Origin: Mobula birostris
Lineage: Eukaryota
Assembly (NCBI RefSeq): GCF_030028105.1
Contig: NC_092370.1
Coordinates: 175,718,647-175,782,646 of the forward strand
Direction: 5' to 3'
DNA: 64,000 nucleotides
In this document: one piece after another, positions 26,301-38,698 of the stretch
Numbering within the stretch: the stretch's first letter is position 1
Layout: every line of letters begins with the position of its first letter
Program-made: the position numbers and the translations under genes
Notes under the pieces: generated by a model
The model's database searches: none
The model's input: only the letters and a program-made list of their open reading frames with translations
Told to the model about the DNA's origin: nothing

Positions 26301-27353
26301 GACAGGTCGTATTCTGCATGGAGGCCAGTGACCAGTGGTGTACCTCAGGGATCTGTTCTGGGACCCCTACTCTTTGTGATTTTTATAAATGACCTGGATG
26401 AAGAAGTGGAGGAATGGGTTAGTAAATTTGCTGATGACACAAAGGTTGGGGGTGTTGTGGACAGTGTGAAGGATTGTCAGAGGAGGTTACAGCAGGATAT
26501 TGATAGGATGCAAAACTGGGCTGAGAAGTGGCAGATGGCGTTCAACCCAGATAAGTGTGAAGTGGTTCATTTCGGTAGGTCAAATATGACGTCAGAATAT
26601 AGCATTAATGGTAAGACTCTTGGCAGTGTAGAGAATCAGGGGGATCTTGGGGTCCACGTCCATAGGACACTCAAAGCTGCTATGCAGGTTGATTCTGTGA
26701 TTAGGAAAGCATACGGTGCATTGGCCTTCACCAATCGTGGGATTGAGTTTAACAGCTGAGAGGTAAAGTTGCAGCTATATAGGACCCTGATCAGACCCCA
26801 CTTAGAGTACTGTGCTCAATTCTGGTCACCTCACTACAGGAAGGACAAGGAAACCATAGGGGTGCAGGGGAGATTTACAAAGATGTTGCCTGGATTGGGG
26901 AGTATGCCTTATGAGAATAGGTTGAGTGAACGCGGCCTTTTCTCCTTGGAGCAACGGAGGATGAGAGGTGACCTGATAGAGGTGTACAAGATAATGACAG
27001 GCATTGATCGTGTGGATAGTCAGAGGCTTTTTCCCAGAGCTGAAGTAGCTAGCATGAGAGGGCAGAGTTTTAAGGTGCTTGGAAGTAGGTATAGAGGAGA
27101 TGTCAGCCGTATGTTTGTTTGTGGTTTGTTTTTTTTTTACACGGAGAGTGGTGGGTGCCTGGAATGGGCTGCCAGAGGCAGTGGTGGAGGCAGAAACAAT
27201 AGGGTCTTTTAAGAGACTCCTCGATGGATACATGGAGCTCAGAAAAATAGAGGGCTATGGGTAAGCCTAGGTAGTCATAAGGTAAGGACATGTTCAGCAC
27301 AGCTTTGTGAGGCCGAAGGGCCTGTATTGTGCTGTGAGTTTTCTATGTTTCTA
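23400..27353 (+). mobile_element. Near full-length but disrupted CR1 LINE (ORF1 esterase + ORF2 endonuclease/RT)
   Basis: ORF1 VIGDSIVRG, HIGTND, DGLHLN; endonuclease NARSIMN, AITETW, GDFN, SDH; RT GVPQGS, KFADD; (TTCTATGT) tail; several stops and frameshifts. Confidence 0.95.
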
Positions 27354-29060
27354 ACTCTGAAATGCCTTGGCAAGCTATTTAATTTCAGAAGTCACTATGG
27401 AAGCATAAAAACCACTAGCCTTTCCAGTAATGCCTAGATCCTGAAAAATAAATCAGGCCACCTTTCAAAGGTTTTCAAAATAAGTTCAGAACAAAGAAGG
27501 TCCATATAAACATGATAAAAATACAATATTAAGTTAAATTAACAAGGATAATAAATATGTCAGCTGAGCAACCAGACGCACGAAATTAAATGTCCAGAGA
27601 TTGAGCTTATTCAGCTATGAAGATTGATTTAGTTTGCCAATACAATCAGGTACTATAACCCCCTCTAACCAGTTCCTAATCTGCACACTGTTTATATGAA
27701 AATATTTACTTCAAAAAATGTCTTTAATTATAAAAAAGGTCACAGACAACACCAGAGTCACCAGGTTTTAAACATAAATATTTTACACATTCCCAAGGAA
27801 CTTGCCAATTATTTACTTTGGAAATTATATACGTTATGAGTCTATTTATATTTGGCAAGGATAATAAGTAGCAGTCTGTTCTAGCAGTTAATTGATACAT
27901 CTTGGGGAGAATAAGAAACTGCAGATAAATTCACAGCGATATTACAGACTGTGGGAATTAATATGTCACTCTTCAAAGCTTTTCTTTCACAAGTCCCATT
28001 ATACATAGCTACTTTTTCATTTGTTCATAGGAAAGGACAATACTGAGTCACATTAGCATGCCTTACTTATTTTGAAAAGACAGTCTTATAGCCAGATTTT
28101 TGAATCATTTTTGTCAAGTGCAGATGCTTGAAGACTGATCACAACATTTTGATCTAATGTAGAGATAGTAAGTGTTCATTTTGTTGTGTACAACTCAACT
28201 AATATCTAATACCTATATTTCTCTGCATTATGGAAGGAGGGGATTCTACTCATTAAATCTATGCTGCTCACAGAACAATTCCATCCCCCTCCCACCTCAA
28301 TTCCCATCACCGCCCTCAGATTTTAGCGAGAAATTAAGGTATGAACCTGCCCATCTTTGGGGGGAGGAATTCACACTATGCAGTCTCAGGGAGAACTCAC
28401 ATAGACAGTAATAACACCTTTACTGGAGAGTTGGTGAAGCAATTGAACAGAAAAAGATGTAAGGAGCATTGATGACAAGATTATCTCATTTATGTGCCAT
28501 ACTGCATCGTTCTCACTTTTAGCTCACAATTGTTGAAAATTTTGAAACTAATCCAAACATACGACTAATTTTTGTTCTGTGTAAATAGTCAAAGCATTGC
28601 GCCATGCGGAAATAATTTTTTGTTTAAAATGTAATTAGTTCTTGTGTTTACAAAAACAATTTCAATTTAGCTAGATGTCCTCTCCAAAAAAACAGCATTA
28701 TGATAACCCAGTGGCAAAATCAAATTCCAACATTACAAGCTATTAAATCGTTTAAATTAGGCACTTGTACAGCAATCGATTCTAAGAACCTCCCACGATC
28801 AATCGCTCCTAAAACTTTCATTGCTTGTAATCGCCAATAGCTCCTTTATTTGCAAATGGACAAATGGTTCAGTGAGAAACAGGCCTTTATGTTGTGGCCT
28901 CTCAGAACAATCCAATGCCGTAATAGAAAATAAAGATATTGATGTCAATTTTTTACAAATCAGTACAAGTTTTAGAAACTCGTTGATTCCAGATTTGGAC
29001 GGTAATAATAATCAAAATGACCGGTAACGGGAAACGGCTGTATCTTTAAAAGAAACTCAC

Positions 29061-29101
29061 ATTCGCGATGGAAAGACTTCAATCCTTTCCTTCCCCGACA
29101 T
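29061..29101 (-). CDS. ATP6V1D: V-type proton ATPase subunit D, coding exon 1
   Basis: Minus strand reads ATG TCG GGG AAG GAA AGG ATT GAA GTC TTT CCA TCG CGA AT|gtgagt = MSGKERIEVFPSR(M), the ATP6V1D N-terminus; 41 nt. Confidence 0.96.
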
Positions 29102-29292
29102 GTTTGCTCTCTGACAGCAACCTAGCTACAAGCGATCGCAAGAAAATCGGCCGCTGCTGAAGAAATACCGATGACCTTCAGCAAGTCACGACACCGGAGT
29201 GCTAGCTCGGCCGGGCGAGCAACGCCTCGTTGTTTTGAGCCAAATTTCAGCTCCAGTAGCATCCGCTCCTCTGGCGGTCAGCTGGTTCCAAA

Positions 29293-29302
29293 ATCACGTG
29301 AC
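29293..29302. promoter_or_regulatory. CLEAR-like E-box (TFEB/TFE3/USF type)
   Basis: ATCACGTGAC (reverse complement GTCACGTGAT), 9/10 match to CLEAR consensus GTCACGTGAC, ~190 bp upstream of a V-ATPase start codon. Confidence 0.6.
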
Positions 29303-29468
29303 GGTCGGGAGCGTCTGATCCCACCGACAAGGCCACCCTACGCTTTCGATCGAAGGTTTTTAAATAGGTAAATAGTGTCCATGGGCTGTTAGATGATTAG
29401 TTCTAACACTCAGGGCTCTCACTGCACTCTCTGTGTGTCGATGCCGATAGCGGGCGACCCTCCATTAC

Positions 29469-29480
29469 CAAGATGGCGGC
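29469..29480 (+). promoter_or_regulatory. YY1 motif
   Basis: CAAGATGGCGGC, exact YY1 consensus, inside the CpG island. Confidence 0.6.
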
Positions 29481-29779
29481 TGCCGTCTGCCGTTGTGCAA
29501 TTCAGCCGAGCAGCTGATCTCCAGCAACCTGGCAACGATGAACTGGGACACCGATCGTGGAAATAAAGGACGGGGAGTGAGGAGGGGCAATTCCACACAC
29601 CGAGCGATTATGGCATTATTTGGGAGTACTGCCGTGTTTCTACCCTTCGATCCGCAGAACCGGATCTGACCTGGGGTTTCCGGTGCCGTTGCCCGCGTCT
29701 GCGCGGTGTGCGCTCGGGAAACTTCTTCGGGGCCTGGGAGCCGGGCGCAAGCGGTGTGCAGGAGGCCGGGTTTGGACAG

Positions 29780-29847
29780 CACTTCTCTCGGCGTGCGTTC
29801 GTGTGCAGCGGGCGGTGGCGGTTGCGCTGCTGAGAGATTACACGCAG
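29780..29847 (+). other. EIF2S1: Probable non-coding exon 1 of EIF2S1 (5' end uncertain)
   Basis: Exon 2 has an acceptor 1 nt before the ATG, so an upstream UTR exon is required; donor-like CAG|gtaggt at 29847/8 (alternative TAG|gtgagg at 29851/2) at the end of the CpG island. Confidence 0.55.
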
Positions 29848-29964
29848 GTAGGTGAGGTCTGAAGTGCGCCGGGGGGATCTGTCGTTCGTACCCTCTCACG
29901 CCGTGAGTAAAAGCTCCGAGGACCGAACTCCGGGGCTGTGGCCTAATTCTGGCACGTTTATCCA

Positions 29965-30140
29965 CACTCAAAATGCTGGAGTAACTCGTTAGGTCAGACA
30001 GCATCTATGAAATTGAAACAAAACAGTCAGTGTTTCCGATCAACTGTTTATCCGTTTTCATAAATGCTGCCTGACCCGCTGAGTTTCTCCATCATTTTGT
30101 TGCTGTTTTTCCAGCATCTGTGGAATCTCTTATGTTTACG
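29965..30140. repeat. Foldback Penelope-derived element just 3' of EIF2S1 exon 1
   Basis: CAAAATGCTGGAGTAACTCGTTAGGTCAGACAGCATCTATGAAA / TTTCATAAATGCTGCCTGACCCGCTGAGTTTCTCCATCATTTTG inverted arms. Confidence 0.8.
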
Positions 30141-30729
30141 TTTACCCTTCAGTCTCGAGCGGAGCTTAACTCAACCCTGTCATCGATCTGAATATTTTAC
30201 TTGGATTTTTAAACTGCCTTGTGGATCCGCACATTGAACAAAAATGAAGGTCTAGGAGTTGAAAACTTGGGAGGCCCAGGTGCGATCTCCGCTGGATCCC
30301 GCTGGTGGCTCACGGCTTCTTCACATTTAAGAAACAGTGGTCTCCCCACCGCTGTGTGCCCCTCCGTCCTCACCATTTCTTTCCACACTTCGTGGTGTGT
30401 TCCACGTGTGGTTGAAGCGTCGGCTGGAAGATTGCGTCATTCTGGCCTGGAATCTTTGTCAAATCCTGAGAGGAGAACCTGGCCTTCTGAACTCTTGAGC
30501 CCCGCGCTTAATTTATCTTTTATGGATTTGCCGTCATTTTTTTAAAGAAAAAAAAGTACAATTGACTTTAACATTGATTCTCATTACCTTCAGTTAATAT
30601 ACATTGTAACGTTTTCATAATTTGCAATGAATAGGATGAAAATTTCAAGTTTGACTGCTAAACCAAGTATTTTCAGACTTGTTGCAGTATATTCCTTTTT
30701 AATCTTTCCAAGTCTGTATTTAAGCCCCT

Positions 30730-32510
30730 TGACCAAGATGACAACCTTGTGCTTACTACAAATATCTGCTATCTCCTTACAAATTTGCTCCTCCACTTCT
30801 CGATCTCCATTAGGTGGTCTATAATACACCCCTATAAATGTTACTACACATTTCCCATTCCTCAATTCCACCCAAATAGCCTCCCTAGACGAACACTCTA
30901 ATCTATCCTGCCAGAGCACCTCTGTAATATTTTCTCTGACAAGCAATGCAACACCTCCCCCTCTTGTCCCTCCAATTCTATCACACCTGAAGCAACAAAA
31001 TCCAGGAATATTTAGTTGCCAATCACACCCCTTCTGCACCCATGTTTCACTAATAGCTACAACATCATACTTCCAGGTATCAATCCATGCTCTAAGCTCA
31101 TCCACCTTTCTTATAATGCTCCTCGCATTAAAATAAATGCATTTAAGATATTTTCCGCCTCTTACTCTCTGTTTATCACTCTCTGTTTATCACTAACGGT
31201 GCAAGCAACTTTACTATTTTCTTTTTCTTCCTTCTCCCCTACATCTGTTCCTATACTCTGGTTCCCCTCCCCCCTCGTATCTAGTTTAAATCCACCAGAG
31301 CCTCTCTAGCAAACCTACCTGCAAGAATATTTGTCCCCCTCCAGTTCAGATGTAAACCGTCCTGCCGGAACAGGTCCCACCTTCCCTGGAAAACTGCCGA
31401 ATTATCTGTAAATCTGAAGCCCTCCCTCCTGCACTATGTCTTCAGCCATGTGTTGATCTGCGCTGCCTTACGATTTCTAAACCCGCCTGCACATGGCACT
31501 GGTAGCAATCCTGAGATTGCTATCCTGGAGGTCCTGTCCTTTAACTTGGTGCCTAACTCCCTAAACTTGCCTTTCAGGACCTCCTCACTCTTCTTAACCA
31601 TGTCATTGGTCCCTACATGGACCACGACATCCGGCTGCTCACCCTCCCTCTTGAGAATACTGAGAACTTGATCCGAGATATCACGGACATTGGCCTCAGG
31701 GAGGCAACAGACCATCCGGGATTCTCGATCTCTTCCACAGAACTTCTTATCTGTCCCCCTTACTATTGAATCCCCTATCACTACTGCTCTCCTCTTTTCC
31801 CTCCTTCCCTTCTGAGTTGAGGGTCCCGTCTCGGTGCCAGAGACACAACCACTGCAACTTGTCCTGATAGGTCGTCCCCATCAACAGTATCCAAAATAAT
31901 GTACTTATTGGTCGGAATGGCCACAGGGGTGCTCTGCTCATTCTGTCTATTCCTCTTCCCTCTCCTGACAGTCACCCAGCTGCCTGTCTCCTGACTCTTA
32001 GGGGTAACTATCTCCCTGTAACTCCTGTTTATTTCTGCCTCTGCCCCCCAAATGATCCGAAGTTCATCCAGCTCCAGCTCCAGTTCCCTAACTCGGTTTG
32101 TCAGGAGCTGCAGCTGGATGCACCTTTCGCAGGTGTAGTCATCAGGGACTATTGTGCTCGCCCTGACTTCCCACATACTGCAAACGGAGCACTCAACTGC
32201 CCCTAACTGCTGCCTCCATTACCTGCTCTTAAGGTAATTAATTTATTAAAGGAACTTACCCAGCCTTGCCTCACTTGAAGTGAAGCTCTTCCTCAGCTTC
32301 TGCTCGCCGAAGCCTCTCGAGCCAAAGCCTTCCTACTCTGTCTCCCACTACTCCATCACCCACTCGGTTAATCTGCTCGCTTTTAAACACTCCAGCTGCC
32401 TCATGGTCCGACTTTTACACGCTTGTGCAGTCGTGCCCCATTCAACTGCCGAAGAAATGACTGTCCTTCACAATCTTCTCACTTTTAAACAGTCCCGCTA
32501 CCTCCCACTT
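30730..32510 (-). mobile_element. CR1 5' portion (5'UTR, ORF1 zinc finger/esterase, start of endonuclease), 3'-truncated
   Basis: MWEVR...YTCERCIQLQLL, IGDSIVRG, HVGTND, VVAISETW, GVYYRPP; homology stops just before GDFN. Confidence 0.92.
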
Positions 32511-33611
32511 TAATATCATGAAATCTATGTGTGTCTATTTCAACTGAAATTGATTGAAGCTTAGCGCTCCAGCATAAAGACTGACAAAGGTTCATCGCCC
32601 TTTGAATGAAGAATTCTTATTGATATCCTTTGCCTTATTTTGACACTGACTTTCCATTGTGAATGTGAGTTTCTTTTATATAGCCTTTGCCCTTTGTCAC
32701 TCATTTGGATTAATTTTGCTGTCAGGAGACTTCAGACCTTCCCAAGACTCAGTATGGTAAATCTCTCCAAATGAGCCTGCTTTCTATAAAGAGGCCAAAA
32801 TTGTACAGAATTTTCATGTTATGGTAAGGTATCCTCTTGCAGTAAAGTACACTGATTGGTTGCATCTGTGAATGCTTGATGTACTTGCCTGGTTAGCTGT
32901 CAGTGAGTTGTATACAAACATAAATATCACGGCACTGATAGAGGCCATTCAGGCAGAGCAATCCTATTAGTCCCATTTGCCATTGTTCTATTCCCTGTAG
33001 TCGTGCAGCCAGCTCCCTATCGCAGCACACCAATTTTCTCTTTTGATTCCTTGCAATAGCCAATGAACCTAACAGCAGGTCCCCAATCATGGGGAGCATA
33101 GGTCGGGATCGAATCCAGGTCTCTGCTGCTCAAGAGATAGATTGAGCAGATTGGCTGTACTTTCAGTTTTGAAAAATGAAAATCCTTGGAAATCTTGGCT
33201 TGTTAAGCAGCATCTATGCAGGGAAAAGCAGATTTGAGGTTGATGGCTTCTTTAAGGGCAATTTCTGCTGTTTTGTAATTTCCCATAAAAATGTCACTGA
33301 GAGGTAAAAAGCTCTAGAGTATTGCATTCTCTGGATGCCCTAATTCTGATGCTGTAGCTAAATTAACAGAGCATCTGATGGAATGTATATATTTGGCTAA
33401 CACTTAATAATATCACCCAGAGTTCTTGCTGCTCTTTGTGATAGGGAGTAGTAATATGAATGTAGATTTAAGTCGTTGAAAAGTTGTCATTACGTGATAA
33501 ATTGTATACGGTGATGATTAGGTGCATTTAATTACTTGCTGTGGTTCACTTCATGAGGTCCCTGTCAATGTGGCCACAAGCAAAACCGACACGAATAGAT
33601 ATTCTGATATT

Positions 33612-33740
33612 CATCATCATCATCAGGTTCCATGCCCAGTTTGAGCTTTGACTGCCATGGCCCACACACTCCTGTTTTGGGTCAAGTGCATCAATTCATT
33701 GGTATTCATTTCCAGTTATCTGGCTGCTCTCTCCATCATC
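33612..33740 (-). mobile_element. RTE/RTE-X-like 3' fragment
   Basis: Minus strand ends ...VWAMAVKAQTGHGT* followed by a (GAT)n tail. Confidence 0.55.
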
Positions 33741-34667
33741 ACTTCTGATGTTACCTTCAGTTAAAAAAAAGTAGTTCATGCTCTGAAGTCAGCTGATGTG
33801 GGGCACTTTGCTTCCATTGCAAGACCAGTGTCAGATCACTTTTAACGTGCGTATTTTGGTGAGAAACATTTGACCACATGGCATAGAATCCAAGCTGACA
33901 TTTTTCCATTAAGGGTATGCTTATTCAGTACTTTCACAGCCTTGCAATGGCCTGAACCTCTTTACAATCATTGGAGTAGTTTTTAAAGTGTAAGCAGATA
34001 TAATAGAATAGATGTAGCAGTGTAACTGTGCTTTAGGTATTTGTTGAAGAATAAACCTTGAGTGGAAAAATTATTTTAAATATAAAAGAAAAGCTCTTCA
34101 AAGTAATGTCAGAGGATATTTGAGTTTTTCTGGATCAGCTGAGAGGGTTTTGATTCATCCTCTTATCTGATTGGTGACCTCTCAAAGATTTAGCGATCAT
34201 TCAACATTACCACTAATTGCCAGCCTTTAGACTACTGTTTTCTTATATTTCAGATGATAAACTAAAGTATTGGGAGTATTTCTGCTTGCACAGAAAACTA
34301 GGAGAGTAAGATTTAAAAAGATTAAACCAGTTTAAATTAAAGTAAGAGAAAAACGGCATCTTGAAATAGAGGAGCAACTGGAATTTGGGAAAAAAGCATT
34401 CTAATAAGATTACTTTTCAATTGTTCAAAGGAAAGTTGTGATGGGCGCTGTTGCAAAAACAAATGCTGTGAATGCTGTAAAGTTCTTTGATTCTGCAGTG
34501 TTAAACGTGAACCATTCTTTCTAATGTCAATGTAGCTTATCCTTCAGAAAGAATGCTAGCGATGAAAATACAAACAGGGCACTGAAGTTTAAATATGTAC
34601 AGTCACCTGCTCTCAGTTCTTCACTGAACGAAACAAAGTAAAATGCATGAATTTCCCAAAATGCCAT

Positions 34668-35447
34668 TCAAAGATTTTAAAGGTACATTTAATGTCAGAG
34701 AAATGTATACAATATACATCCTGAAATGCTTTTTCTTTGCAATCATCCATGAAAACAGAGGAGTGCCCCGAAGAATGAATGACAGTTTAATATTAGAACC
34801 CCAAAGTACCCCCCAGCTCCCCCGCACATAAGCAGCAGCAAGCAACGATCCCCCTCCCCCCAAAAAAATAGCCACCCACCACCAAGCACTAAAGCATGCA
34901 GCAAAACCAACAGCTAAGACCCAGATTTGCAGTACTCCAAAGACCGCACATTCACCTGGTATTTGACATACCACTCTCTCTCTCTCTCTCTTCTCCCCCC
35001 TCCCCAATAAGGGAGAAAGATGTCTCCGTTTCACAGCGAGAGGGGAGACATAACAAACAGCTCAGTGGTTTACGATGTTAAAAGCCCATTGCGTCACTTT
35101 TTCTGAGCTCTGTGCCCAAAGATCTCAGGTCTCTGGGCACACAGCCAAAGATCTTCCAGCTCCTATGACACACCGGTCCCGGACACCGAACTTCAATCTG
35201 CCCATCTCTGGAGCCCTGAGATCCTGGGCCTCCAAAGGTGAGTCGAACCCTTGGCATGTCGGATAATGGCCGGTGGTGACACCCCGAGAGCAGGTCCCAT
35301 TTCCGCAAAGAACTGAAGTCGGTGAGTAACTCCAGGTCAGGGTCTTCAAAGGAACCCTGAAAGGGAAAAGATAGAGATATTAACAATGGAAATAGAGCTG
35401 TTTCTGAAGATGCAAGCAAAGGAGTTGCTGTTTAGTGCCATCTTGAC
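34668..35447 (-). mobile_element. Non-coding non-autonomous retroposon; shorter 3' copy at ~43205-43390
   Basis: 5' end GTCAAGATGGC, 3' end ATTAAA + (TTTGAA)-like tail; 3' region repeated at 43.2 kb. Confidence 0.6.
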
Positions 35448-36184
35448 TAAGCTCCACCCTTCGATTGACATATCTGGAAAATTGTGTGGATATTGTGAAA
35501 ACAGTCCATCACAACTGAGCTGATCTTTAGTCTTATTTGCAGTTGGATAGCTGAGCATTTGCAAATCATTACAGGTGCCTTACTCTTCCAGAATTAACTT
35601 TTCTGGCCATGTTTTCTAATTGCAATGTAGAGGATTTTGACCAAGAGAAGCTAATAACTGCAGTTTCTCAGTTTTACACATTATCCAACTTTTTCATATT
35701 ACACATGCAATGCTCAAAGTTTTTTACAAATTTGCAACTTATTTGCATTGCCTACAATGCTTAAATCTCTGATATGGATTCCACAAAAATACAGATGTCC
35801 TTTATTCTGCAGGCATTCCTGAAACCTTGTAGGTACTGCCCAGATTATGACAAGGTTCTGTTCTGGTGAACTGTTCATTTCCCAAACAGTTTATAAGTAG
35901 AAAATGCAGCTGCAAACCAAGTCCCACATGGCAGTAGATGCCTGAACTTGCTGATAAGTCCATCCCACTGGTCTCACAAACACACATTCATGAGTACAGG
36001 CTGTATACAAGTTTGGTGCTTGCAAACTGGCTAGGATCTGAATACAATTTTGGAGACAGTACTTAAAAACACTTTTCCTTGAATTCTTATCCCTGGTTTT
36101 TTCCCCTGTCCTTGACATGTCCCAAAATAGGTTTTACAAATGTTTTTCTTTTAAAATGAATTGCAAATAAGTCTTTGTACATAG

Positions 36185-37935
36185 TCTAACTTCATTGATC
36201 CCGGGGGAAATTGGTTTTCATTACAGTTGCACCATAAATAATAAATAGTAATAGAACCATAAATAGTTAAATAGTAATGTGTAATTTATGCCAGTAAATT
36301 ATGAAATAAGTCCAGGACCAGCCTATTGGCTCAGGGTGTCTGACCCTCCAAGGGAGGAGTTGTAAAGGTTGATGGCCACAGGCAGGAATGACTTCCTATG
36401 ATGCTCTGTGCTGCATCTCGGTAGAATGAGTCTCCAGCTGAATGTACTCCTGTGCCCACCCAGAACATTATTTAGTGGATGGGAGACATTGACCAAGATG
36501 GCATGCAACTTAGACAGCATCCTCTTTTCAGACACCACCGTGAGAGAGTCCAGTTCCATCCCCACAACATCACTGGCCTTACGAATGAGTTTGTTGATTC
36601 TGTTGATGCCTGCTGCCCCAGCACACAACAGCAAACATGATAGCACTGGCCACCACAGACTTGTAGAACATCGTCAGCATTGTCCAGCAGATGTTAAAGG
36701 ACCTCAGTCTCCTCAGGAAATAGAGACGGCTCTGACCCTTGTAGACAGCCTTAGTGTTCTTTGACCAGTCCAGTTTATTGTCAATTCGTATCCCCAGGTA
36801 TTTGTAATCCTCCACCATGTCCACACTGACCCCCTGGATGGAAACAGGGGTCACCGGTACCTTAGCTCTCCTCGGGTCTACCACCAGCTCCTTAGTCTTT
36901 TTCACATTAAGCTGCAGATAATTCTACTCTCACAAAGTTTCCTACCGTAGCCCTGTACTCAGCCTCATCTCCTTTGCTGATGCATCCAACTATGGCAGAG
37001 TCATCAGAAAACTTCTGAAGATGACAAGACTCTGTGCAGAAGTTGAAGTCCGAGATGTAAATGGTGAAGAGAAAGGGAGACAAGACAGTCCCCTGGGGAG
37101 CCCCAGTGCTGCTGATCACTCTGTCAGACACACAGTGTGGCAAGCACACGTACTGTGGTCTGCCAGTCAGGTAATCAAGAATCCATGATACCAGGGAAGC
37201 ATCCACCTGCATCGCTGTCAGCTTCTCCCCCAGCAGAGCAGGGCGGATGGTGTTGAATGCACTGGAGAAGTCAAAAAACATGACCCTCACAGTGCTCTCT
37301 GTCTTGTCCAGGTGGGCGTAGACACGGTTCAGCAGGTAGACGATGGCATCCTCAACTCCTAGTTGGGGCTGGTAGGCGAACTGGAGGGGATCTTAGTGTG
37401 GCCTGACCATAGGCCGGAGCAGCTCCAGAACAAGCCTCTCCAGGGTCTTCATGATGTGGGAGGTCAATGCCACCGGTCTGTAGTCATTGAGGCCGCTGGG
37501 GCGCGGCGTCTTCAGCACAGGGGCGAGGCAGGACGTCTTCCTTAGCACAGGAACCCTCCAGAGCCTCAGGCTGAGGTTGAAGACATAGCGAAGTACTCCA
37601 CATAGCTGACGGGCACAGGCTTTGAGCACCATGGTACTGACAGCATCCGGTCCTGCAGCCTTGCTTGGGTTGAGACGTTTCAGCTATCTTCTCACCTGTT
37701 CAGCTTTGAAGCCCACCGTGGTGGTTTCGTGTGGGGAAGGGGTATAGTCATGAGGGCAGGGTGGGGGACTGTGAGGAGGGGTAGGAGGGGAGAGTGGAAT
37801 ATGTGTTAGTTGGGGGCCGACAACAGATGGCTTGTGTGGGGGATGGGCAGGGGCCACAATGTCAAATCTGTTAAAGAACAGGTTAAGTTCATTGGCCCTG
37901 TCCATACTGCCTTCAGCTCCTCTGTTGCTAGTTTG
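36185..37935 (-). mobile_element. Rex1/Babar LINE, 5'-truncated and frameshifted
   Basis: NDYRPVALTSHIMKTLERL, RVMFFDFSSAFNTI, GAPQGTVLSPFLF, KFSDD, KTKELVVD, RLYFLRRLRSF. Confidence 0.92.
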
Positions 37936-38052
37936 CCAGAACTACATGAAGTCTACATGCAGTAGACTTTCACTTTCCTGTAAAATAGTGATCAAGAGTT
38001 ACGATACTGGAGCAGTAGCTTATGTGCTATATAGTTACAGAATCAACGAATG

Positions 38053-38053
<1 letters not shown>

Positions 38054-38085
<32 letters not shown>
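38054..38085 (+). repeat. (AC)n microsatellite
   Basis: About 16 AC units. Confidence 0.95.
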
Positions 38086-38087
<2 letters not shown>

Positions 38088-38189
38088 TCATTCTATGCCT
38101 TTAATTTCACCCAGGCTGAAATTATCTAAAACTACACAGTTGTATTCCACTCAGTCATTCTTCCTTATCAGTGTTGCTTGTGTACTTTA

Positions 38190-38698
38190 AGTACTCTGCA
38201 AAAGTCATAGGCACCCTAACTAGCTAAGACTTTTGCATTGTACTGAATCAAGATCAGATTTAACATCATTGGCATATGTCATGAAATTTGTTAATATGGA
38301 GTGGAGAGCAAGTTTGTAAATCTGGCGGTAGCAAAAAATGTTGGGAATGGCAAGGGTGGAGTGCTGGGGGACAGATGGCGGAGGATTGCCAGGGACGATG
38401 GGGGCATATCCAGCCCTGAGACACCAGTCAAGGTCATTTGATTCCAAAAAACTGATTTATTGATCATTACCGAATGTCTCTCTGGTGCTTCCCACTCCCT
38501 CCCCTCTCCTTTCCCTTTTTCCCAAACATGATTCTATTCTCCCTGCCCCCTTCCCACTCTCAGTCCACAATAGAGACCCATATCAGAATCAGTTTTATCA
38601 TTTACATATGTCGTGAATTTTTTTCGTGGCAGCAATATAGTGCAGTACATAAAACTACTATAGTATTGTGTAAAAGCCTTGGGCACCCTAGCTATATG
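38190..38698 (+). mobile_element. Composite non-autonomous repeat with small MITE-like hairpins; inverted copy at ~61035-62100
   Basis: CCAGCCCTGAGACACCAG...GATTCCAAA...ATTGATCATTAC shared in reverse with 61255-62065; GCAAAAGTC...GACTTTTGCA hairpins. Confidence 0.7.

Larger units (their letters stand above)
29020..29960. promoter_or_regulatory. CpG-rich bidirectional promoter shared by ATP6V1D (-) and EIF2S1 (+)
   Basis: Sharp rise in GC and CpG against AT-rich flanks; lies between the ATP6V1D ATG (29101) and the putative EIF2S1 first donor (~29847). Confidence 0.85.

Noticed and set aside
29473-29517. Possible EIF2S1 uORF (MAAAVCRCAIQPSS*) in good Kozak context
   Set aside because: The ATG is the core of the YY1 motif and the TSS is unknown, probably downstream; cannot be supported without CAGE or Ribo-seq.
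29465-30004. 179-aa minus-strand ORF over the promoter
   Set aside because: Low-complexity product of a GC-rich CpG island; starts inside a Penelope-derived repeat; no recognisable domain.
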